NCBI RefSeq assembly: GCF_003116015.1
Contig: NZ_LGQZ01000056.1
Span: 34,003-58,002 of the forward strand
DNA from: Azospirillum sp. TSO22-1
GTDB lineage: Bacteria > Pseudomonadota > Alphaproteobacteria > Azospirillales > Azospirillaceae
Reading direction: 5' to 3'
DNA length: 24,000 nucleotides
Within the stretch, counting starts at the first letter, position 1; the number at the start of each line of letters is the position of its first letter. The notes beneath the pieces were generated by a model. That model worked only from the letters and a program-made list of their open reading frames with translations, had not been told where the DNA came from and ran no database searches. Positions 17,403-24,000 of the stretch are shown one piece after another. Both the position numbers and the translations under genes were made by a program.

Positions 17403-18356
17403 ATGGAAACCCGCGCCAGCTACATCCTGGTCGGCAGCTTCGTGCTGGCCCTGATCGCCGGGCTGTTCGGCTTCGCCGTGTGGGTCGCCAAGATCCAGCT
17501 GGAGGAGTCGCGCCAGCCCTACCGCATCTACTTCACCGGCTCGGTCACCGGTTTGCAGACCGGCAGCCCGGTGCGCTACCAGGGCATCCCCATCGGCACC
17601 GTCACCGACCTGCGCCTGGATCCGGAGAACGTGTCGCGCGTGCGCGTCACCATCGAGGTGAACGCCGACACGCCGATCAAGACCGACTCCATCGCGTCGC
17701 TGGAGGTGCAGGGCGTCACCGGCGGCGCCTACGTGCAGATCGCCGGCGGCACGCCCGAGAGCAAGCTGCTGCGCGAGACCGAGCACAAGGGCGTCCCGGT
17801 CATCCCGTCCCGCCCGTCGACGCTGGCGACGGTGGTGGACGCGGCGCCGCAGATCCTCGCCCGCGTGCTCGACCTGACCGACCGCCTGTCCGCCGGGCTG
17901 ATGAGCCCGGAGAACCTGCAGGCGCTGACCCAGACGCTGGACAACGCCCGCCGGGTCAGCGGCGACGTCGCGGCGGCCACCCAGGGCCTCGACGGCACGG
18001 TGCGCGAGCTGACCGGCCTGCTGGCCGAGTTGAACCGCACCGCGCAGACGGTCGGCCCGCACCTCGACCAGACGGTGGTGCAGGCCGGCAGGAGCATGCA
18101 GACCGTGACGGCCGACCTGCACGAGCTGACCGGCTCGCTGAAGCAGGCGTCGGCGCAGCTGAACGCCATGGTCACCGAGAACCGGCAGCCGGTGCGCGAC
18201 TTTGCTCAGACGGGGCTGTATGAGATAACGCTGCTCGTCACCCAGTTGCGCGACCTGTCGGCGCAGATCGGCCGCGTGGTGGGGCGCATCGAGAACGATC
18301 CGTCGAACTTCCTGTTCGGCGGCACCCGCAACGGCGTGGAGATCCGCGGACGATGA
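17403..18356 (+). CDS. MlaD/MCE-family protein
   Basis: METRASYILVGSFVLALIAGLFGFAVWVAK...YFTGSVTGLQTGSPVRYQGIPIGTVTDLRLDPEN, an MCE domain; overlaps the next gene. Confidence 0.93.
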   Translation: METRASYILVGSFVLALIAGLFGFAVWVAKIQLEESRQPYRIYFTGSVTGLQTGSPVRYQGIPIGTVTDLRLDPENVSRVRVTIEVNADTPIKTDSIASLEVQGVTGGAYVQIAGGTPESKLLRETEHKGVPVIPSRPSTLATVVDAAPQILARVLDLTDRLSAGLMSPENLQALTQTLDNARRVSGDVAAATQGLDGTVRELTGLLAELNRTAQTVGPHLDQTVVQAGRSMQTVTADLHELTGSLKQASAQLNAMVTENRQPVRDFAQTGLYEITLLVTQLRDLSAQIGRVVGRIENDPSNFLFGGTRNGVEIRGR

Positions 18357-19015
18357 TGGTTGCGCGTTTTGGCCTGCTGGCGGCGCTGGTGCTCGCCCTG
18401 GGCGCCTGCGCCGGGGCGCTCACCTCGCCCCCGGCCAAGCTCTACACGCTGAACCCGGCCACGCAGGCCGATCCGTCGCTGCCGCGGGCGGACTTCCAGC
18501 TGCTGGTGGAGGCGCCGGTGGCCGGTGCCGCTCTGGATACCCAGCGCATCGCCGTGGAGAAGACCGCGACCTCCATCGACTACCTGGCCGAGTCGGCGTG
18601 GACCGACCGTGCGCCGGCGATGATCCAGGGGCTGATCGTCCAGTCCTTCGAGGACAGCCGCAAGATCGTCTCGGTCGGGCGCGACAGCGTCGGCCTGCGC
18701 TCCGACTTCGTGCTGCGCAGCGAGTTGCGCGACTTCGAGGCGAAGTACTCGGCGCCGGGCGCCGCGAACCCCGACCGCGTGCACGTCCGAATCGCCGCCA
18801 AGCTGGTCGGCATGCCGCGCCGCACCATCGAGGCGGGCGAGACCTTCGAGGCCATCGTGCCGGTCAGGGACGGTGGCGTGCAGGGCGTGGTCACCGCCTT
18901 CGACGCGGCGCTGCGGCAGGTGATGGAGCGGATGGTGGCGTGGACCCTGCGCACCGGCACGGCGATCGCCGGCGGTGGCGGGACGGCGACCGGCGGGGCG
19001 TCGCGCACCCGGTGA
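18353..19015 (+). CDS. ABC-type transport auxiliary lipoprotein (PqiC/DUF330-like)
   Basis: Lipobox LVLALGAC; LYTLNPATQ...LLVEAPVAGAALDTQRIAV...SIDYLAESAWTDRAPAMIQGLIVQSFEDS; last gene of the Mla operon. Confidence 0.88.
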   Translation: MMVARFGLLAALVLALGACAGALTSPPAKLYTLNPATQADPSLPRADFQLLVEAPVAGAALDTQRIAVEKTATSIDYLAESAWTDRAPAMIQGLIVQSFEDSRKIVSVGRDSVGLRSDFVLRSELRDFEAKYSAPGAANPDRVHVRIAAKLVGMPRRTIEAGETFEAIVPVRDGGVQGVVTAFDAALRQVMERMVAWTLRTGTAIAGGGGTATGGASRTR

Positions 19016-19105
19016 CGGGGCATATGCTCCCTGCGTAAAGACCTTGCCCCCGGGGGTGTTTTCCCTACGTATTGAGGGGTCCGGAACCAGTCGGGTGCCT
19101 GCCCC

Positions 19106-19843
19106 ATGATCGACGTGAACGGCCTGCCGCGCGACGTGCTCGAGGCGATGGGCGAGGCCGCGCGCGAGGTGCGCACCTGCCAGCGCGTGCTGGCCAAGAC
19201 TGGCGACACCGTGGTGGGCGAATTGCTGCGCGGGCAGGGCTCGGTGTACGAGTGGAAGCACTACCCGCAGGGCGACGTCTACGACGCCGAGTACCACGCC
19301 CAGTACTACTACCACTGCCACCCCGAATCCGAGCGGCCGCACGGCGAGCACGGGCACTTCCACACCTTCCTGCGCCCGCTCGGCATGCCCGGCGGCATCC
19401 GCCCGGCGCCGGTGGAGGATCATGTGCCGCCGTCCGGCGACAACGACGCGCTGTCGCACCTCATCGGCATCGCCATGGACCAGAGCGGGCGCGCGGTGCG
19501 GCTGTTCACCACCAACCGCTGGGTGACCGGCGAGACGTGGTACGCGGCGCCCGACGTGGTGCGCATGCTGGACGGATTCGTCATAGACCACGCCCGGCCG
19601 TCCTGGCCGGCGAACCGCTGGATCACCGCGCTGCTGCGCATGTTCCGCCCGCAGATCGAGGAACTGCTGCACCAGAGGGACGCGGCGATACGCCGCTGGG
19701 CCGAGACGCACCCGCAGGGGACCGTCTATGAAGACCGCGCCTTGGAAGTCACCTCGCAGACCGCCATTTCCGTGGAGGAGCAACTCGCCGCCATCGACGG
19801 CGCGTTGCGGGCGGTGAGGCGGCGCGCCGCAACCGCCTGTTAA
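19106..19843 (+). CDS. Conserved hypothetical protein with His-rich motif (possibly the DUF6969 group; name from memory)
   Basis: MIDVNGLPRDVLEAMGEAAREVRTCQRVLAK...YHAQYYYHCHPESERPHGEHGHFHTFLRP...; long clean ORF. Confidence 0.65.
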   Translation: MIDVNGLPRDVLEAMGEAAREVRTCQRVLAKTGDTVVGELLRGQGSVYEWKHYPQGDVYDAEYHAQYYYHCHPESERPHGEHGHFHTFLRPLGMPGGIRPAPVEDHVPPSGDNDALSHLIGIAMDQSGRAVRLFTTNRWVTGETWYAAPDVVRMLDGFVIDHARPSWPANRWITALLRMFRPQIEELLHQRDAAIRRWAETHPQGTVYEDRALEVTSQTAISVEEQLAAIDGALRAVRRRAATAC

Positions 19844-19936
19844 CAAAGGTTCAATGCTTCCGCACCATGCTGCGGGAGAATTGACCGGCCGTCCCGCGGC
19901 CGGCGGGGAGGCAGTGGCAGGAAGGGTCCGCGACCC

Positions 19937-21046
19937 ATGACGGAACATTTGTCGAAGGACGACGTCGTCCGCCTGCTGTCGGATCCGTCCCCCAACACGC
20001 GGGCCGATCTGGCGGCGAAGGTGGCGCGCCAGTTCGAGGCGGCCGAGCTGTCGGACAGCGAGCGCACCTTGGCGGAGGAGATCATCCGCGCCATGGCGCG
20101 CGACGCCGTGGTGCGCGTCCGCCAGTCGCTGGCCGAGAACCTGAAGGCGAGCGCCAGCCTGCCGCGCGACGTGGCGCTGACGCTGGCCAAGGACGTCGAG
20201 GACGTCGCCATCCCGATTCTCAGCGTCAGCCACGTGCTGACCGACGCCGACCTGCTGGAGATCGTCCGCTCCGGCACCGACGCCAAACACACGGCCATCG
20301 CCGCGCGCTCCACCGTGTCGCCGCGCGTCGCCGACGCGCTGGTCGAGACCGGCTCGGAGCAGGCGGTCGCCACGCTGGTCGCCAACGAGGGCGCACAGCT
20401 GGAGGAGGGCGCGCTGGGCCGCGTCATCGACCGCTTCGGCGCGTCGGAGGCGGTGCAGGGGCCGCTGGTGCAGCGCGCCAGACTGCCGATCACCATCGCC
20501 GAGCGGCTGGTCGCCGTGGTGTCGGAGAAGTACCAGCAATACCTCGTCACCCATCACGAGCTGTCGCCGAAGACCGCCGCGGACCTGATCCTGCAGAGCC
20601 GCGAGCGCGCCACCGTGACGCTGCTGAACGGCGAGAGCGACGAGGCGGCGCTTGAGCGGCTGGTGGTGCAGCTCTCCCGCTCCGGCCGGCTGACGCCGCC
20701 CTTGCTGGTGCGGGCGCTGTGCATGGGCGACGTCGGCTTCTTCGAGGCGGCGGTGGCGCATCTGGCCGGCGTGCCGCTGACCAACGCGCGCCTGCTGATC
20801 CACGATGTCGGCCGGCTGGGCCTGAAGTCGATCTATGACCGCGCCAAGATGCCGCCGGCCCTGCTGCCGGCCTGCCGCATCGCGCTCGACGTGCTCAAGG
20901 AGACGCCCTATGACGGCGAGGAGCACGACCGCGAACGCCACCGCCGCCGCATGATCGAACGCATCCTCACCCAGTACGAAGACTTGGCGGCCGACGACCT
21001 CGACTACCTGCTCGACAAGCTCGGCGACCTGATGCAGGCCGGCTGA
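19937..21046 (+). CDS. DUF2336 domain-containing protein (HEAT-like helical repeats)
   Basis: SKDDVVRLLSDPSPNTRADLAAKVARQF...LAEEIIRAMARDAVVRVRQSLAENLKASASLPRDVALTLAKDVEDVAIPIL is the typical DUF2336 opening. Confidence 0.9.
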   Translation: MTEHLSKDDVVRLLSDPSPNTRADLAAKVARQFEAAELSDSERTLAEEIIRAMARDAVVRVRQSLAENLKASASLPRDVALTLAKDVEDVAIPILSVSHVLTDADLLEIVRSGTDAKHTAIAARSTVSPRVADALVETGSEQAVATLVANEGAQLEEGALGRVIDRFGASEAVQGPLVQRARLPITIAERLVAVVSEKYQQYLVTHHELSPKTAADLILQSRERATVTLLNGESDEAALERLVVQLSRSGRLTPPLLVRALCMGDVGFFEAAVAHLAGVPLTNARLLIHDVGRLGLKSIYDRAKMPPALLPACRIALDVLKETPYDGEEHDRERHRRRMIERILTQYEDLAADDLDYLLDKLGDLMQAG

Positions 21047-21160
21047 GGGAGCGTTCGGGGGCGCGCGGCTGTCGTGCGGGCGGCGGGGGTTGTTTCCCCG
21101 CTGGCTGCCCCCTAATAGGGGGCGCCACACCCGCCCGCCACCGCCGAGGACGACTCCCCC

Positions 21161-21802
21161 GTGTTCGAAGACCTGCTTCCGGAACTGATCGCGCTCGGTC
21201 AGGTGATCTTCATCGACCTCGTGCTGGCCGGCGACAACGCCATCGTCGTCGGCATGGCGGCGGCCGGGGTGGCGCGCGAGCAGCGGGCCAGGGTGATCTT
21301 CTGGGGCATCGCCGCCGCGGTGGTGCTGCGCATCATCTTCGCGCTGCTGACCACGCAGCTTCTGGCCATCATCGGCCTGACCTTCGCCGGCGGCGTGCTG
21401 CTGCTGTGGGTGTGCTGGAAGCTGTTCCGCGAGCTGCGCGAATCGCACGGCGAGGCGGAGGGTGCCGAGCTGGTCTGCGGCGAGGACGGCGTCGAGACCG
21501 CGACGCCCGCCGGGACCAAGCCGATCGGGACGGCGATCTGGCAGGTGATCGTCGCCGACGTGTCGATGTCGCTGGACAACGTGCTGGCGGTGGCGGGCGC
21601 CGCGCGCGAGCACCTGTGGGTGCTGGCGGTGGGCCTGGTGCTGTCGGTCGGCCTGATGGGGGCCGCGGCCAGCCTGATCGCGCGGCTGCTGGCGCGCTGG
21701 CACTGGATCGCCTACGTCGGCCTGGTGGTGATCCTGTACGTCGCGCTGAGGATGATCTGGGAGGGCGGCTTCGAAATCATGGCGGCGACCGGACAGGCGT
21801 AG
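21161..21802 (+). CDS. TerC-family integral membrane protein (YjbE-like)
   Basis: GTG start; IFIDLVLAGDNAIVVGMAAAGV and IWQVIVADVSMSLDNVLAVAGAA, duplicated TerC Asp-Asn motifs. Confidence 0.9.
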   Translation: MFEDLLPELIALGQVIFIDLVLAGDNAIVVGMAAAGVAREQRARVIFWGIAAAVVLRIIFALLTTQLLAIIGLTFAGGVLLLWVCWKLFRELRESHGEAEGAELVCGEDGVETATPAGTKPIGTAIWQVIVADVSMSLDNVLAVAGAAREHLWVLAVGLVLSVGLMGAAASLIARLLARWHWIAYVGLVVILYVALRMIWEGGFEIMAATGQA

Positions 21803-21876
21803 GGGGGGCGGCGCCAGCGGAACCTTTGCGCGGCGGGGTGTGTTGCTCCCCGCAGCGTCAGAGGGAGCCGCACGTC

Positions 21877-22629
21877 ATGAGCCACGCCGTCGACCATCCA
21901 GCCAATGCCATGTCCGGCCGCAGCATGGCGGACATCGAGAGCGACATCCGCGGCATCCGCGCCCGGATGGACTCGACCCTGAACGAGATCGAGTTCCGCC
22001 TGTCGCCGGGGCAGCTCACCGGGCACGTCGGCGACGTGGCGCGCGACGTGATCGAGGGGCGGCCGACCCGCGTCGCCACGGCCATCCGCAACAACCCGAT
22101 CCCGGTGGCGCTGATCGGCATCGGTGCCCTGTGGCTGGCCTGGGCGGTGTCGCGCACCGACCCGCTGGAGGGGGCGACGGCGCCGCACGGCCAGATCTCC
22201 GACCAGCGCATCCGCATCCTGCTGGCCGGGCTGGTCGCCGCCTGCCGCCAGGGCGCCGAGGGTTTCCGCGAGGCCGACATGCTGCTGGTGGACGCCCAGC
22301 TGTCGTCGCGTCTGGCCGAGGTGTCGAACCAGTTTGAGCGCACCTCCGCCTCGCTGGACCACGAGTTCCGCATCCACGGCGGCGTGCCGGAGCCGGGCGA
22401 GCCGGTGCACCCCGCGTGGCTCGACCTGCACGACGAGCTGACCGGCGCCCGCTCGCGCGCGGAGATCCTGTCGGCGCTGCAGGGCGGGCTGGAGAACACC
22501 CTCGACCTGTTCCGCGACGCCCTGCAGGAGGCGTTGCCGGACGAGCTGCGGGTGGTGGTCGGCGCGCACTTCCACGACCTGGAGCGCGTGCAGCACCGCA
22601 TCGGCGCGCTGCGCGAGGCGGTGAGCTGA
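21877..22629 (+). CDS. DUF3618-type N-terminus fused to a ferritin-like/DUF2383-like four-helix region
   Basis: Start trimmed to ATG 21877 (MSHAVDHPANAMSGRSMADIESDIRGIRARMDSTLNEIEFRLSPGQL) typical of DUF3618; C-terminal helices ISDQRIRILLAGLVAACRQGAEGFREAD resemble PA2169-like proteins. Confidence 0.72.
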   Translation: MSHAVDHPANAMSGRSMADIESDIRGIRARMDSTLNEIEFRLSPGQLTGHVGDVARDVIEGRPTRVATAIRNNPIPVALIGIGALWLAWAVSRTDPLEGATAPHGQISDQRIRILLAGLVAACRQGAEGFREADMLLVDAQLSSRLAEVSNQFERTSASLDHEFRIHGGVPEPGEPVHPAWLDLHDELTGARSRAEILSALQGGLENTLDLFRDALQEALPDELRVVVGAHFHDLERVQHRIGALREAVS

Positions 22630-22632
22630 GCC

Positions 22633-23640
22633 ATGCTGGGACTGAGCCGCCGCCACCACTACATGCCGCGCATCGAGATGGGCCACGACGCCCACGTGCG
22701 CGGCCGCACCGCCGACACGCCCGAACAGATCCCCGCCAAGGGCTGGAAGGACATCCTCTGGCGCGTCTGGGAGGAGCAGTCGGAGGACAACATCTCGATG
22801 ATCGCCGCCGGCGTGGCGTATTACGCCATCCTGGCGCTGTTCCCGGCGATCGCCGCCGCGGTGTCGATCTACGGCTTGGTCGCCGACGCCGGCAGCATCG
22901 AGCGGCAGTTCGACACGCTCGCGGGCTTCCTGCCTGGCGACGCGCTGAAGGTTCTCAAGGATCAGGCGCACATGGTCGCCTCGCAGCCGAGCGGGGGGCT
23001 CAGCATCGGCGTCGTGGTCGGCCTGCTGTTCACGCTGTGGAGCGCATCGCGCGGCGTCAACGCGCTGATCGGGGCGCTCAACATCGCCTACGAGGAGCGG
23101 GAGAAGCGCGGCTACGTCAAGCTGGCGCTGCTCTCGGTGGTGCTGACGCTGGGCGGCATCCTGTTCCTGATCGTCACGCTGGCGGTCGTCGTCGTGGTGC
23201 CGACCATCCTGAACCTCGTGCCGCTGGGGCCGGTGTGGGAGTGGGCGGTCAGCCTGGCGCGCTGGCCGATCCTGGCGGTGGCGATCCTGGCGGCGCTGGC
23301 GGTGCTGTACCGCTACGCCCCGTCCCGCAACGAGCCGAAATGGCGCTGGGTCACCTGGGGTTCGGTGGCGGCGGGCGGCATCTGGCTGCTGGGCTCCATC
23401 GGCTTCTCGATCTACGTCTCGAACTTCGGCAACTACAACGAGGCGTACGGGTCGGTCGGCGCGGTGGTGATCCTGCTGCTGTGGCTGAACCTGACCGCCT
23501 ACGCCATCCTGCTCGGCGCCGAGCTGAACGCCGAGATGGAGCACCAGACCGCTAAGGACACCACCGACGCGCCCGACAAGCCCATGGGGCAGCGCGGCGC
23601 GAGGATGGCGGACACCATCGGCGAGAAGAAGACGGCGTAG
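22633..23640 (+). CDS. YihY/virulence factor BrkB family membrane protein
   Basis: EDNISMIAAGVAYYAILALFPAIAAAVSIYGLV...TLWSASRGVNALIGALNIAYEE...AVVILLLWLNLTAYAILLGAELNAEME. Confidence 0.94.
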   Translation: MLGLSRRHHYMPRIEMGHDAHVRGRTADTPEQIPAKGWKDILWRVWEEQSEDNISMIAAGVAYYAILALFPAIAAAVSIYGLVADAGSIERQFDTLAGFLPGDALKVLKDQAHMVASQPSGGLSIGVVVGLLFTLWSASRGVNALIGALNIAYEEREKRGYVKLALLSVVLTLGGILFLIVTLAVVVVVPTILNLVPLGPVWEWAVSLARWPILAVAILAALAVLYRYAPSRNEPKWRWVTWGSVAAGGIWLLGSIGFSIYVSNFGNYNEAYGSVGAVVILLLWLNLTAYAILLGAELNAEMEHQTAKDTTDAPDKPMGQRGARMADTIGEKKTA

Positions 23641-23722
23641 CCGGCAGCGTCACATCGCGCCGCTGACGCCGTCCCGGCTTCCCGCTATCCTGCCGGCAGT
23701 CCCGTGGGGGAGCCGTCCGGCG

Positions 23723-24000
23723 ATGATCGAGTTCTGGCACTGGTGGGTGATCGCCGTCGCGCTGGCGGTGGTCGAGATCTGGGCGCCCGGCGCGGCGTTC
23801 CTGTGGTTGGGCATCGCCGCCGGCGTGGTCGGCGTGGTGCTGCTGGTCTATCCCGGCCTGGGCTGGGAGGGGGAGTTGCTGCTGTTCGCGGCGCTCGCCA
23901 TCGCCGCGGTGCTGGCCGGACGCGCCATCTACCGCCGGGCCGGGCTGCACGCTGCGCCGAACCACCTGAACCGCCGGGCCGAGCAGTACATCGGCACCCT
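23723..24000 (+). CDS. NfeD-family membrane protein, 3' truncated by window edge
   Basis: ATG 23723: MIEFWHWWVIAVALAVVEIWAPGAAFLWLGIAAGVVGVVLLVYPGLGWEGELLLFAALAIAAVLAGRAIYRR. Confidence 0.8.
   Translation, partial: MIEFWHWWVIAVALAVVEIWAPGAAFLWLGIAAGVVGVVLLVYPGLGWEGELLLFAALAIAAVLAGRAIYRRAGLHAAPNHLNRRAEQYIGT

Noticed and set aside
15218-17404. 728-aa minus-strand ORF and 14761..15936 (391 aa) minus ORF
   Set aside because: Antisense/alternate-frame shadows of apt and the mla genes; the true apt frame is 14814..15329.
21047-21160. yybP-ykoY manganese riboswitch upstream of the TerC gene
   Set aside because: I could not align the leader to the conserved riboswitch core by eye; only simple hairpins are visible, so it is not called as a feature.
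18206-21703. 1165-aa minus-strand ORF
   Set aside because: Antisense shadow of the lipoprotein, His-rich, DUF2336 and TerC genes; no recognisable motif, repetitive RR/QH/HR composition.
21712-23544. 610-aa minus-strand ORF and 22416..23555 (379 aa) plus-strand alternate frame
   Set aside because: Shadow frames of the DUF3618 and YihY genes with skewed composition and no domains.
23641-23696. CCGGCAG / CTGCCGG inverted repeat before the NfeD-like gene
   Set aside because: Seven-bp arms separated by about 40 nt; expected by chance in high-GC DNA.

Overview
High-GC bacterial window whose gene content resembles Rhodospirillales/Azospirillum-type alphaproteobacteria. Most of it is ordinary chromosomal content. 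In order: the 3' end of a putrescine/spermidine ABC permease pair (potH partial, potI), agmatine deiminase, a DUF3616-like secreted protein (-), a small hypothetical, a DUF1345-like membrane protein, a GNAT acetyltransferase (-), a ClpP-like protein (-) with a good terminator, a GT2 glycosyltransferase, a polyhydroxyalkanoic-acid-system small protein, a STAS protein (-), an amidohydrolase-like 'end domains only' ORF, an RND efflux adaptor and pump with a palindromic operator candidate, a 446-bp repeat-bounded DUF559 nuclease cassette (-), bacteriohemerythrin (-), a degenerate Fic-fold protein, a repeat-rich intergenic segment, apt (-), an Mla-type lipid transport operon (STAS-MlaE, MlaF, MlaD, lipoprotein), a His-rich conserved protein, a DUF2336 protein, a TerC-family protein, a DUF3618/DUF2383-like stress protein, a YihY/BrkB-like protein, and the start of an NfeD-like gene. 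I found no clear previously undescribed multi-gene system. The best second-look items are the DUF559 cassette bounded by near-identical 44-45 bp inverted palindromic repeats, the Fic homolog with HPFxxGNGR changed to RPFAQGNAA, the ClpP homolog with catalytic Asp changed to Asn, and the ORF that appears to join the two flanks of an amidohydrolase without its catalytic barrel. Family assignments are from memory of protein motifs, not from database searches.
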